Below are positions 36,605 through 47,681 of a DNA stretch of 64,000 bases, one piece after another. This DNA is from Rebecca billardiae RCC1528 (lineage: Eukaryota > Protista > Haptophyta). The first letter of the stretch is position 1; every line of letters begins with the position of its first letter. The notes under the pieces are model-generated. The model ran no database searches and was not told the origin of the DNA. It saw only the letters and a program-made list of their open reading frames with translations. The DNA is taken from positions 186,001-250,000 of the forward strand of contig OZ251225.1 of NCBI GenBank assembly GCA_965240325.2. The letters run 5' to 3'. Both the position numbers and the translations under genes were made by a program.

Positions 36605-39600
36605 TCACTGGTCGGTGGCGGTGGGCAGCGCGTCGTCGGGCGCGGCGCGCACGAGCAGCGCGCGCAGCGAGCGCGACGTGCGCAGCGCCGTGGCGAGCGC
36701 CGCGCCCTCGCCCTCCGCGCCCGGGCGGTCGTGCACCGCGTCGACGAACGCGAGCGCGCGCCGCCGCCTGACCGCGTGCGCGAGCTCGTCCGTCGCCTGC
36801 TGCGTCAGGTTGGGCGAGTCGACGCGGAGCACGCGCAGCGCGAAGGTGTCGCGCAGCATGCCGGCGAGCGCGACGGCGCCCTGCTCGCCCACGCGGTTCC
36901 GGTCGAGCGAGAGCGTCGTGAGCGTCGTGTTGGTGCGCAGCGCGCGCGCGAACGCCTCCGCGCCCGCCTCGGCGACCTTGTTGGAGCCGAGGTCGAGCTC
37001 CTGCAGCGTGCGGTTCTCCGAGCCGAGGCTGGCGGCGAGGGCGAGCGCGCCGACGTCGGTGATGCGGTTGGCGCGGACGGAGAGCTCGAGCAGCGCGTCG
37101 TTGAACGAGAGCGCCGCGGCGAGCGAGCGCAGCCCGTCGTCGCCCACGCGGTTCGCGTCGAGGTAGAGCGCGCGCAGGCCGTGGTCCATCTTGAGAGCCT
37201 CGGCGAGCGCGTCCACGCCGGCCGCGCTGATGCGGTTGCCCGAGATGTGCAGCTCGCGGAGGGAGCCGTGCGCGCGCATGCCCGAGGCGATGGCGAAGGC
37301 GGCGTCGTCGAAGAGGTTGCACTGCCCCGCGTGCAGCACGCGCAGCGTGTTGTTCAGCGCGAGCGCCTCGTTGAGCTGCTCGGCGAACGAGTCGTCGGCG
37401 AGATTGCCCGAGATATCGAGCTGCCGCACCGAGCGGTTCTCCTGCAGCGCGCGCGCGAGCGTCGACACGTCGACAAAGGGGAGCTGGCAGAGCGCGACGT
37501 CGAGCTCGGTGAGCGTGGTCGAGCGCTCGAGCGCGCGCATGAACGCGTCGGCCACGCCGCCGTTCCCCACCTGGTTCACGCCCATCTTGAGCGAGAGCAG
37601 CGACTTGTTGCGCTCGAGCGACTCTGCGATGCGGCGCGCGCCGGCCGCGCGCACGCCGGTCGCCGAGATGTCGAGGCGCTCGAGCGAGACGCCGCGCGCC
37701 TCGAGCGCGTCCGCGAGCGCGATCACGCCGCGGTCGCCGCACGGCGTGTTCCCGTCCAGCCGCAGCTCGCGCAGCCCGCAGCCCCCCTTGATCGCGCCGG
37801 CGATGTGCGCCGCGCCCTCGTCGCCGATCGAGTTGCGGTCGAGCCGCAGCGAGCGCAGCCGGCACGCGGGCGCGCGCATGAAGCGGCCGATGGCGGTGGC
37901 GCCCTTGTCGGTGATCTGGTTGCGGCGCAGGCCGAGCGCGCGGAGCTCGCCCGGGCTGCGCGTGAACGCCTCCGCCAGCGCGCTCGCGCCCTCGTCCGCC
38001 ACCGCGTTCTCGGACAGGTCGAGCACGCGCAGCGTGTTGTTCTCGTCGAGCGCGGCCGCGAAGTCGAGCACGCCCTCGTCGCCGAGCGCGTTGGCGCGCA
38101 GGTAGAGCTCGTGCAGGAAGCGGTTGGTCTTGAGCGCCTCGGCGAGGGGCGCGCCGTGCGCGGGGGTGAGGTGGCGGCGCACCGCGTCGAGCGCGCGCAC
38201 CGTCTCGTCCCGCCGCAGCATCGCCGCGAGGATGCGCGCGTCCGCCACCGAGGGCGCGGGCGGCCACGAGCCGACCAGCAGCGGGTGCTTGCCCGCCACG
38301 ATCACCTCGCCCACCGTGCCGCCCGCGGCGAGGGCGGCGACGAGGGCGTCGAGGCCGGCGCCGACCGGGACGTCGCGCAGCGCGATCGCGCGCACGAGCC
38401 CGAGCCGCGTCTCGTCGAGCGGCGGGTCGCCCGCCAGCTCGAACGCGAAGCGCCAGAACGGGCGGCGCGCCCTGAGCGCGCGGTAGGCCTGCCGCAGCAG
38501 GTGCTGCAGCACGGAGAGCGCGGACAGGGCGAGGGAGGTGGCGAGCAGGCCCCAGAGCACGCCGGAGCCGCCGCCGCCGCCGCCGTCCGCCTCGCCGAGC
38601 AGCCGCGAGCTGTCCGAGCCCGCGCGCGTCGCGACGGCGGCGCTGTCGTCGGCCACGTCGGTGGCGTTGGCGGGCGCGGCCTCGTCCGCCTCGCCGCCCC
38701 CGGCGGCGGCGGCGGCGGCGGCGGCGCGGTCGGCGGCGAGGACGATCGCGACGACGACGAGGCCGGGGAGCGCCTGGAAGAGCGCGTGCACGGCGTAGCG
38801 CGACGTGCGGTACGCCGCGAGGAACGCCTCGAGGTCCGGGCGCAGGTCCAGCCGCGCCAGCCGGTGCGCGGTGAGCGTGCGCACCGGCAGCAGCAGGTCC
38901 AGCAGCGGCACGATCAGCGGCCCGGCGAGCACGAAGGCGGAGAGGTCGGACCAGCCGCGCGAGCGCTCGCGCCGGGCCCAGCTGAGCTCGGCGCCGAGGC
39001 AGTGCATCCGCCCGCGCCGCCCGCGCCCGCACATCGGCGTCGACTTGCCCCGGATGCGCGCGACGTGCCGCACGAGCAGCGCGTACGTCAGCCCGAGCTG
39101 CAGCAGCACCAGCCCGCCCAGCACGGCCGCGGGCACGAGCTGCGCGTGCAGGAGGAAGGCGACGATGAGGTAGATGTGCAGGCCATAGTCCGCGAGGAAG
39201 AGAAGCTGCTCGTACACCAGCCGCGCGCGCGCCAGCGCCGGGTGCGAAGGCTCCTCCGCAGGCGTCGCCTCGTCGTCCGCCGGCCGCTTGAACGACTCCT
39301 CCTCGGCCGCCTCCTCGTCGACGGGCCCGGCGGGCACGTACGGCGGGCTCGATCCGCCGAGGAGAAACGGGATGGAGAAGCGCCGCTCGCTCCCCCCCGC
39401 GACGCTGGGGAGGCTGCTGCCCATGCGGTTGAGCGAGCCGGGCAGGAAGATGGTCGAGCGGCGCCGGTCGGCCGGCGTCCCGTCCACAGAGGACATGCCG
39501 CGCACCCTCGCAATGAAGCTGTCTTGCCCCTTGGTGCCTTCGGACGAGAGCACGCTGTCGTCATCGTCGTCGCCCTTCTTCGCCGGCTTCGAGCCGCAGG

Positions 39601-39607
39601 CACCCAT
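36605..39607 (-). CDS. N-acylated multi-pass membrane protein with ribonuclease-inhibitor-type LRR array (1000 aa, single exon)
   Basis: N-terminus MGACGSK (Gly2, Cys4, Ser6); 4-5 hydrophobic segments; then about 18-20 ~28-aa repeats of the type LxxLxLxxNxIGDEGAxxLAxAL. Confidence 0.9.
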   Translation of the reverse strand: MGACGSKPAKKGDDDDDSVLSSEGTKGQDSFIARVRGMSSVDGTPADRRRSTIFLPGSLNRMGSSLPSVAGGSERRFSIPFLLGGSSPPYVPAGPVDEEAAEEESFKRPADDEATPAEEPSHPALARARLVYEQLLFLADYGLHIYLIVAFLLHAQLVPAAVLGGLVLLQLGLTYALLVRHVARIRGKSTPMCGRGRRGRMHCLGAELSWARRERSRGWSDLSAFVLAGPLIVPLLDLLLPVRTLTAHRLARLDLRPDLEAFLAAYRTSRYAVHALFQALPGLVVVAIVLAADRAAAAAAAAGGGEADEAAPANATDVADDSAAVATRAGSDSSRLLGEADGGGGGGSGVLWGLLATSLALSALSVLQHLLRQAYRALRARRPFWRFAFELAGDPPLDETRLGLVRAIALRDVPVGAGLDALVAALAAGGTVGEVIVAGKHPLLVGSWPPAPSVADARILAAMLRRDETVRALDAVRRHLTPAHGAPLAEALKTNRFLHELYLRANALGDEGVLDFAAALDENNTLRVLDLSENAVADEGASALAEAFTRSPGELRALGLRRNQITDKGATAIGRFMRAPACRLRSLRLDRNSIGDEGAAHIAGAIKGGCGLRELRLDGNTPCGDRGVIALADALEARGVSLERLDISATGVRAAGARRIAESLERNKSLLSLKMGVNQVGNGGVADAFMRALERSTTLTELDVALCQLPFVDVSTLARALQENRSVRQLDISGNLADDSFAEQLNEALALNNTLRVLHAGQCNLFDDAAFAIASGMRAHGSLRELHISGNRISAAGVDALAEALKMDHGLRALYLDANRVGDDGLRSLAAALSFNDALLELSVRANRITDVGALALAASLGSENRTLQELDLGSNKVAEAGAEAFARALRTNTTLTTLSLDRNRVGEQGAVALAGMLRDTFALRVLRVDSPNLTQQATDELAHAVRRRRALAFVDAVHDRPGAEGEGAALATALRTSRSLRALLVRAAPDDALPTATDQ

Positions 39608-40004
39608 CGCTCGCTGCGGGCGGGCGGCTCAAGTTTCGGGGGTAGGCGTCGGAGCTGGCTCGCGACGACGAATAAAGGGGCGCGCGGCGCCCGCTGCGCG
39701 GGCTCGCTGCTGCTTTGAACAACAGGACTGCTCTCAGCCAAGGGCGGTGCTCGCGGCGGCGGCGGCAGCTCGCAACCACGCGCAGCTGCAACGGGCGACC
39801 ACTTTCATATTATTATATTACCCGGCCAACGCCGCACGCGCCTTTATTCGCCGTAATCATTGGGCAATCTCGTAGCGGAGATAGCTCGAAAGTGATTCAT
39901 AATATCGTGACGAGTGCGCAGCGCCCAACCGCTTGAACCGATATTCAAGCGGCGCTTTCTAGGCGAGTCCTGCGGCAGAGGGTCCGGATTCGCCCGAGCG
40001 CGCG

Positions 40005-40924
40005 ATGGCGACGGCCCTTCCGTCGGCGCGGGGTAGGTGTGCCGTATCCAGCCTGAGCCGCGCGACGCCGCGCGCGCTCGAGGCCGGCGGCGCGGTGGAG
40101 GAGGGCACACGCGACGTTGCCGCTGGCCGCCCACGCCCGCCTCGCCCGCGCGGCGGCGCGCGCTCCGCCACCCGGCACCGGCGGCTGCTCGCCCTCGCGC
40201 TCGCGCTCGGTGGCGGCGGCGCGCTCACACTCGCGTGGCGGCGCAGCGCGCGCGTGGGCGCGGGCACAGGCGTGTGCGCGTGCGACGAGGGCGCGCCGCC
40301 GCCGTACGAGGTGCACTGGCGCCTGCCCGTCGGCTGCGACTTCTCCGGCTTCTTCTCGGAGGTGGTGGGCGGGTACCTGCCCGCGCTCGCGCCGCGCATG
40401 CGGCTGCGGCTCGTGCACGGCGGCTGCCCGGACGAGTTCCTCGGGACGAAGCTGACGCCGACGGAGGCGGAGGCGTACTCGATCGCGCAGATCACCGACG
40501 AAGACGCCGAGCCGCTCGCCCGCGGCTCCATCCGCGTCGAGCACGGCGACCCGTGCACGATGGCGGAGTGGTCGCAGCTGCAGCCCGCGCACAGGCCCGC
40601 CGCCGTGGTGAGCCGCTCGATGAGCGAGGGCGCGCTCGGGGACGAGCAGGCGATGTGCCTCAACGCCGCGGCGGACGAGGCGTGGGTCCCCACCGCGTGG
40701 CACGCCGCCGTCTTCCGAGAGGCCGGCGTCACCATCCCTGTCCACGTGCTGCCTGAGGCGGTGGACACGGACCTGTTCCGCCCGCACCTGTCCCGCCCGC
40801 ACGCGCCGCTGCCCGAGCGAGCGCGCGCGGGGCGCAGGGGGCGCGCTCGGAGCGCACGCGCGGACGCGCCGCTGGGCGCGCGCGCGGCGTGGCCCAGGCG
40901 AGCCGCCCGCGCTGATGACGACGC

Positions 40925-40987
<63 letters not shown>

Positions 40988-42017
40988 TGGCGGCGCGGAC
41001 GGGCAGGGCGCCCAGGGCGGCGCGGACGGCGCCGACCGCCGTGGCGACGGCCGCGGCGACGGCGCGGCCGGCGCCATCGCGGAGGGCGGTGCAGCCGATA
41101 ACGACGAGGGCGAGGCCGGCGGCGCGCGTCCGCGTGCCGCCGCTGCACGGCGGGCCCTCGGCGCGGGTGGCACGAGCGAAGACGACGCGGCCACCGAGCG
41201 CTATCTCAGCGCGTGCGCGTGCGCGGCCGACCCGAGCGCGCGCGCGGCGCGGCTCAGCCTCGTGCACCGCGCGGCGAAGCGGCGCCGGGCGCAGGCACGC
41301 GCGCAGCCGCTCCCGCCGCCGCCGTACGCGCGGCAGCCGTCGCGCTTCGCCTTCGTCTCCGTCTTCAAGTGGGAGTACCGCAAGGGGCCCGACGTGCTGC
41401 TGCGCGCGTACTGGCGAGCGTTTGGCGAGGGCAGCGGCGCGCCGCCCGCCGTGCTCGTGCTGCGCACGTGGGTGCCGCCGTGGGAGGAGGGGCCGCCGAG
41501 CGCGGCCGAGCGGTTGGCCGAGGCGGCCGCGGAGTTCGGGGCGGATGGGCAGGCGCCGCGCACGCTGGACGAGCTGCCGCCCGTCGTGCTCGTCGAGCGC
41601 GAGCTCAGCCGCGCCGAGCTGGCCGCGCTGTATCGCTCCGCAGACGCGTTCGTGCTGCCCACGCGCGGCGAGGGCTGGGGGCTGCCCGCGGTCGAGGCGA
41701 TGGCGAGCGGCCTGCCGGCGATCGTGACGAACTTCTCGGGCCCGACCGCCTTTGTGCGCGCGGGGAGCGCGCTGCCGCTGCCCTGCGCCGAGCTGCTCCC
41801 CACCGGGCAGTGCGAGCCGGACGGTCGCGCGCTCGAGGCGGCGATGCGGCAGCTCGCCGCCGACCGCGAGCGCGCGGCCGCGATGGGCCGCGCTGCACGC
41901 CGCGCCGTCGTGCGCGCCTTCTCCGCCGAGCGCGTCGCGGAGCAGATCGAGGCGCGCGTGCGCGCCCTCAGCGCCGAGCTCGTGGCGCGTGGCCGGCTGC
42001 CGCCGCCGAGGGGCTAG
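40005..42017 (+). CDS. Glycosyltransferase family 4 (GT-B), type II membrane protein
   Basis: N-terminal hydrophobic anchor LLALALALGGGGALTLAW; ADEAWVPTAWH; VLPEAVDTDLF; FVSVFKWEYRKGPDVLL; DAFVLPTRGEGWGLPAVEAMASGLP (E-X7-E). Poly-Asp (GAC)n linker at 40914-40988. Confidence 0.92.
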
Positions 42018-42164
42018 CTGTGAGGACCTGCGCCGACGGAGCGGCCGGCCCGCCCGGCCGCCGCGCCCTGCACTCTGCACTCAGTGTCCGACAGCCTGCC
42101 CTGCTACTATCCCATTCCCGCCTATATATATTTTCCTTTTATTTAACAAATAATAATAATAAAC

Positions 42165-42199
42165 CTCTCTCTCTCTCTCTCTCTCTGGCTCTCTCAGTG

Positions 42200-42236
<37 letters not shown>
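42165..42236. repeat. (CT)n microsatellite preceded by (AAT)n
   Basis: Directly visible. Confidence 0.9.
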
Positions 42237-42239
<3 letters not shown>

Positions 42240-42980
42240 GTCGCGTCATCACTATTCACTGCTGCTAGCTAGCGCAATACTTATTATTATACTACGACTA
42301 CGTAACTACGTACTCCGCGAGCAGAGTCCGGAGGACGCGGAGGAGTATGATGACCTGGCGACGAAGTATTTACTAATAATATAAATAATAACGCGGAAGT
42401 ACGCGATATATATATTACGACGATAATAACGACGTGGTGTAAGCTAGCCTGCGGGATGGCGCCGAGATTGCGGTCGCAGAGGCGCACCACTGTCCACTGG
42501 CGTCGTCACAAATTCAATCACTGACGACACCGCGCCCCGGCGCCGCGCCGCCCGTCATCGCCTCGGTGTCCGAGTCGATGAGCAGTCGGCGCCTCGCGGT
42601 CCGGAGGCCCGGCGAGCCTGATGGACCGCGCGGGCTGCTCCGCGAGGCGGCGGCGTCTCGGGCGCGGCGGTCGGCTGTCGCCGTCGGCGGCCGCGGCGTC
42701 GGCGTCTGAGGGGAGAGTGCGCCGCCCGGTGTCAAATGAAGCTGCCGCATGGATGGAGAACAGCAGTGATGAGCGTTGATCCCGGACGCATTCACGCGCC
42801 ACGCAGACGCGGTAGCTCACGTGCAAGCTCCTCGGGGTGATGCTAGTAGCCGTGGCATGTCATCACCACTTTGATCCAGGGTCAGCGCCGCCGAGTCGCC
42901 TGCCGCAGGTCGCCTGCCGCAGTCGGCCGGTGCTGCGTCCAAGAGCGGTGTGCATCAGCTAGTTGTCCGAGACAAAGTCG

Positions 42981-43325
42981 TCAGGTGGGCCCTTGCGCAC
43001 GGCTGTCCACGTGATTCCTCCTACCGATGCCGCCAATATTGGGCAGGCGAGGCGCGCGCAGCACCCCCTTCGGCCGCACCGGCTGCGTCACGGCCATGTG
43101 GTTGGTGCTGACGGTGTGCATCAAGTTGTCCACGTACTCGGCCAGCACGCTGTTGCGCTCGTCGAGCCGGCTGTTCTCACCCTGCACGTCGGCGAGATCG
43201 CGCGTGACCTCATCGAGCTCCTCCTGCAGCGCGAGCACGCGCGCGATCGCGGCCTGGCGCTGCGCCTCAGCATCCTCATGCACATCTTCTTCTGGCCCCG
43301 AGCCCGGGGCGTCGGCCGCCTCCAT
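42981..43325 (-). CDS. SCOC: Short coiled-coil protein (SCOC/Slo1-like)
   Basis: IARVLALQEELDEV...VQGENSRLDERNSVLAEYVDNLM matches the SCOC pattern (I.QVLELQ.TL.DL...V.EEN.KL..EN.VL.QYIENLM). ATG at 43325. Confidence 0.8.
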   Translation of the reverse strand: MEAADAPGSGPEEDVHEDAEAQRQAAIARVLALQEELDEVTRDLADVQGENSRLDERNSVLAEYVDNLMHTVSTNHMAVTQPVRPKGVLRAPRLPNIGGIGRRNHVDSRAQGPT

Positions 43326-43714
43326 CGCTGACGATTTCGCGCAGGACTTTTTTTGCCACTGCTCCGGGGCGCCTCGCGATGAAGTTCGGCACCAATCGGA
43401 AATCCTCCGCGGCGAATGTCGTTGCGTGGTTCCCGAAGCATCCAGCGAACGAAGCTGGTAAAATTGTGAGCACAATTCTCGCGCGGCTTGAACTAATCTT
43501 TGCGGGTGAGAATCCGCTCCGCGCTCGTCTCTGAGTGGCTCTTCCTCCGCGCTGATTGCATACTCTTTGGCCTTGTTGAGTAGTACAAGTATGGATACGT
43601 CGAATTCCATGGACCTTGCGATGCATTTGTGCACTTTGACGCCAGGTCGTTCACGCGCCAACACCGAAACCCTCTGCCCGACTGTTCGTCGTCGCGAGCC
43701 AGCACCGTGCCGCG

Positions 43715-46450
43715 ATGAGAGGCGGCCGGCGCGAGCGCGACTGCGCCAATCCGGCGTGTGAAGACGCGATGATGGCCATCAGGCGACGCGTGTGCAGCCG
43801 CTGCCGCGCCGTCGCGTACTGCGGCCCCGACTGCCAGCGCGCCGATTGGCTTGCGCACCGGCGCGCATGCGTCGAGCAGCGCGGCAGCGCTGCGCACGAA
43901 CAGGCCGCCGCCGATGACGAGGCGGAGCACCCATTCGTGGCATGCGCGGCGTACGCGGCCGCAGCTGCCCCCACCGACCTCCCCGAGCCGGTGCCGTACC
44001 CGCAGCGCGAGGCCCTCGCCGAGTGCTGGCAGAGTGCCGTGATGCCGGCGCTCCGGGCGGCGCTTGACGGCTCGGACGAGAAGCAGGGGGCGCTGCTGGG
44101 CGAGGCGGGGCGTGTGCCTGTGCGCATGCGCGACGCGAGCTCGCCGCTCGACGCACGCGTGCTGGGCGTGTGCCGCCGCGCGCTGCTCGCGTTCGAGGCG
44201 GACGCGGGCGTGCAGGCGAGCTGCTGCGCGTTTGTCGCCGCGTGCCACGCCGCCGCGGCGGCGGAGAGTGAGGAGGAGGCGGAGGGCGGCGAGGCGGAGG
44301 GCGGCGAGGCGCGCGCCGGGCCGCTTGCCGCCCCGCTCGGCCTCTCGAAGGCGCTCACGCTCGACGTGGCGCGCGCGATCGGCGCGCACCCGTCCGACCC
44401 GTCGGTGGTGCGCGGCGCGTGCTGCGCCCTCTCGGCGCTCTTTGGCGCACAGTGGGGCGGCGCGAACGAGCCGGGCCGCGCGCTCGGGCCCGAGGCGCGG
44501 CGCGTGTTCGAGGCGTGCGCGAGGGCGTACATCGGCGCGGGCGGCACGCGCCAGCTCGCGCGCGCCATGGCCGCGCAGCGCGGGCAGGCCGGCCTCCAGT
44601 CGCGGCTGCTCAGCGTGCTCGCCTCGGCGTGCATCGCCGCGGGCGCGCCGAGCGCGCTCGAGGCGGGCGCGGAGCTCGCGGCGGCGGGCGGACTGGTGCT
44701 GGTGGTGCGCGCGCTCGGCGTGCACTCGGCGAACTGGGCCGAGCTGGCGCTGCGCGCGTGCGCCGTGCTGGTGTGCGTGCTCAAGTGCCCCGCGCCCGAC
44801 GCGCTCGGCGCCGCGGCCGAGGCGGTGGCGGGCACGCAGCGCAAGGCGATCGCCGCGGGCGCGGTCGAGGCGGTGGTGCGCGCGGCGTGCGCGCACGCGG
44901 AGCACGCCGAGCTGCAACACAAGGCTTGCTCCGCGCTGCGCGTGCTGTGCATGGCGCGCCTGGCCGGCGACGCCTCCGTGGCGGAGGCGGCGGCGGAGCG
45001 CGCGGTCGCCGCCGGCGCGGTCGTCGTGTCGATGCACGCGCTCAGCTGCGCGCACCAGGCCGAGGGCTGCGAGGACGGCGAGCGCGCCGCAGCCGCAGCG
45101 CAGCGGCTGCTCAACGCACTCGAGCTGCTCGCGCAGCTCGCGCGGCAGTACGAGTGCGGTGGCACCAGCTCCCCGTGCGAAGCGCGCGCCGCCGCGATCG
45201 CGTCGGCCGGCGCGCTCCCCGCCGTCGTGCGCACGATGCGAGCGCGCGCGGCCGAGGCGCAGCTGCAGGAGGCGGCGTGTGACGTGCTCTGGGCGCTCAC
45301 CGTGGGCACGCACGCGCCGCCAACGGGCGGGAGCGGCGGCGCGCCCGCGGCGGCGGCGGGGCCGGCGGAGGCCGCCGCCGCCGCGCGGGCCGCGGCCACC
45401 GAGGCGCGTCGCGTGGCCGCGCACGCGTGCGGCGCGCTCGAGGCGGCGGTGTGCGCGCTGCGCACGCACGGCCCTCTGCACCCGCTGAGCGTCGAGACCG
45501 GCTGCCTGGCGCTGCGCGCGCTGCTCGGCTCGGAGGCGCGAGACTTCGGGCCCACGGGCGTGGCGCACTGCGCCGCGCTCGGCGCGCGCGTGGACGCGCT
45601 CACGCGCGCGGGCGTCGCCGAGGCGCTCGCCCTCGTGCTGCGCGCACACGCGCGCGCGGCCGACGGCGGCGCGGTGTGGCACGCCTGCGTCACGGTCAGC
45701 GCGCTGTGCCGCGGGTTTGACGAGCCCGCCGAGCGCGCGCGCGAGCGGCTGGTGCGCGCGGGCGCGCTGCAGCTGGTCGTGCGCGCGCTGAGCGTGCCGC
45801 GCCCGCGCGAGCGCGCGTACGAGCTGGCCGAGGCGTGCAACTCGCTCTCCTCGCTCGCGATGAGCAGCACCACCGCGGGCGCGGCGGGCGCGCTGGTCTC
45901 GTGCGCGCGCAAGCAGGCGGCGGTCGAGGCGGGCGCGCTCCGCTTCGTGGTGCGCGACATGGCCGCGCACGAGGCGGACTGGGGCGTGCAGCAGCACGGC
46001 TGCCTCGCGCTCCTCGGCCTGTGCCCGTGGCAGGGCGGGCGGCAGCTCACGCTCGCCGAGGAGCGCAGGCGCGAGTGCTCCGCCGAGGCGGGCTCGCTGG
46101 GCGCGCTCGTGCGAGCGCTGGAGGCGCAGGGGAGGGCGGCGGGCGGGCGCGCGCACGCGCAGGCGTGCTGCATCGCGCTGTACGCGCTGTGCGACCCGAT
46201 GACCGCGCTCAGCGCGGACTGGGCGTTCAAGGCGCTCGCCCGGTGCGCCAGCGCCGTGGCGACGGGCGCGCTGCGCGGCGCGGAGCGCGCGAGCGAGCGG
46301 CAGAGCGCGTCCGCGCGCGGCCAGGCCGAGCACCAGCACGCCGGCCCGGGCGCGGCCGCGCTCGTGCAGCTGCTGCGCGGGACGGAGCGGCTGCGTACAG
46401 AGCGGCTGCGTGCGGTGCAGGGCTCGTCGCTCGGGGTGGCGCGCGCATGA
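43715..46450 (+). CDS. MYND zinc finger plus armadillo-like repeat protein, single exon
   Basis: CANPAC...CSRCRAVAYCGPDCQRADWLAHRRAC, then repeats such as IAAGAVEAVVRA..AH....LQHKACSAL and AGALPAVVRTMRA....LQEAACDVLWAL. Confidence 0.88.
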   Translation: MRGGRRERDCANPACEDAMMAIRRRVCSRCRAVAYCGPDCQRADWLAHRRACVEQRGSAAHEQAAADDEAEHPFVACAAYAAAAAPTDLPEPVPYPQREALAECWQSAVMPALRAALDGSDEKQGALLGEAGRVPVRMRDASSPLDARVLGVCRRALLAFEADAGVQASCCAFVAACHAAAAAESEEEAEGGEAEGGEARAGPLAAPLGLSKALTLDVARAIGAHPSDPSVVRGACCALSALFGAQWGGANEPGRALGPEARRVFEACARAYIGAGGTRQLARAMAAQRGQAGLQSRLLSVLASACIAAGAPSALEAGAELAAAGGLVLVVRALGVHSANWAELALRACAVLVCVLKCPAPDALGAAAEAVAGTQRKAIAAGAVEAVVRAACAHAEHAELQHKACSALRVLCMARLAGDASVAEAAAERAVAAGAVVVSMHALSCAHQAEGCEDGERAAAAAQRLLNALELLAQLARQYECGGTSSPCEARAAAIASAGALPAVVRTMRARAAEAQLQEAACDVLWALTVGTHAPPTGGSGGAPAAAAGPAEAAAAARAAATEARRVAAHACGALEAAVCALRTHGPLHPLSVETGCLALRALLGSEARDFGPTGVAHCAALGARVDALTRAGVAEALALVLRAHARAADGGAVWHACVTVSALCRGFDEPAERARERLVRAGALQLVVRALSVPRPRERAYELAEACNSLSSLAMSSTTAGAAGALVSCARKQAAVEAGALRFVVRDMAAHEADWGVQQHGCLALLGLCPWQGGRQLTLAEERRRECSAEAGSLGALVRALEAQGRAAGGRAHAQACCIALYALCDPMTALSADWAFKALARCASAVATGALRGAERASERQSASARGQAEHQHAGPGAAALVQLLRGTERLRTERLRAVQGSSLGVARA

Positions 46451-46867
46451 TGATGTATTGCGCTGCCGCGAGAGCCGCAGATACTGTAGCTGAGCGCCTG
46501 AGTGAGATCTAGCATCATCATTATCAGCAGTCGTTGGGCTAAATGATGATAATGCGGCGCCAGGATCATCGTGAGCAGACGTACAATAACGCGCGGGCGT
46601 CATATATCGACTCATCGTCATCAATTAACACTTTTCAGTCAGTGGCGCCCGGCCAGTTCGACAATGTTCGTCTGCGATCATGTGACGCGTACGACTACTA
46701 GCTAAGACGATGACGATCGAAAATCATCGTCAGCAGCACTGAAGACGATGATGTTCAATGCCTGAGTAGAGTTGGAGAGTGGGTCCAGCGCGAGTCTCAC
46801 GCGGGCGGCCCGCGCGTGACTCAGCGCGTGATGATCTCGCCCAGCTGGCCGGCGTTGTGGCTACAGG

Positions 46868-47239
46868 CTAGGCCTCAGACTGGCTTCCACGCGCCAGGAC
46901 CACAGCCTCGCACTGCAGGAAGCCCTCCGTGCGCGCAGGGCCGCTGATGTGCCAGCGTATCAGAGGCGCGCCCGCCGCATGTTCGACCACCAGCCGCTCG
47001 TACGCGCTCGGATCATCCTGCTTTGCAAGCTCGAACGTGAGCAGCTCAAAGCTCGCACCACCTCCGTCTGGGCGGTCCGGTGCTGCCATCCTCAGCGCGA
47101 CGACGCGCCGGGGGCGCACGGTAAGTAGGTGATGGGCCACGGGCCGATGCACCCGCGGCCCGGCCCAGCTGACCAGTGCGCTCGCGCTGGCGGCTAGAGC
47201 CGCGAGGAAGACCACACGCGCGATGCCGACGGCCGTCAT
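46868..47239 (-). CDS. Small, probably plastid-targeted conserved hypothetical protein
   Basis: Signal peptide VVFLAALAASASA|L, Arg-rich transit-like segment ending in LRM, then a ~65-aa domain ending APLIRWHISG...CEAVVL. Confidence 0.65.
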   Translation of the reverse strand: MTAVGIARVVFLAALAASASALVSWAGPRVHRPVAHHLLTVRPRRVVALRMAAPDRPDGGGASFELLTFELAKQDDPSAYERLVVEHAAGAPLIRWHISGPARTEGFLQCEAVVLARGSQSEA

Positions 47240-47681
47240 CGCGCCGTGTGCGGCTCCAAAGATCGTCGACAATCATGACGAGCTTTTGTACTATGGGGGT
47301 ACTATGGGGGTACTACCAATAACATATTGATGACATTCACATTGTCATCATTGTTCATCATCATATTGTCATCGTGTGAATGTAAGGCTGTATCGTCATC
47401 ATTCGTCCGTCGTCTGCCAGCATCCTGCTCCGCGTGCTTAGCGGCAAAGAGGCAAGCCAGCCGCGGCGGCAGGGCCGCACTCCTGGCAGCGACTGCCGCC
47501 TGCCAGCACACGGCGCCTCTGGCGCGCGTCGCAGCGCCGAGTGAGCGCGCCCATCAGGGCTGCCATGCATCGTCTCTTCGTGACCTCACAGACACAGACC
47601 CGCGGCGGCGCGCGGTCGTGGAGGAGCGGCGCCCGTTGCTGCCCGCGCGCACTCCGGGCCCAGCGGCAGCGGCGTGCGCGC

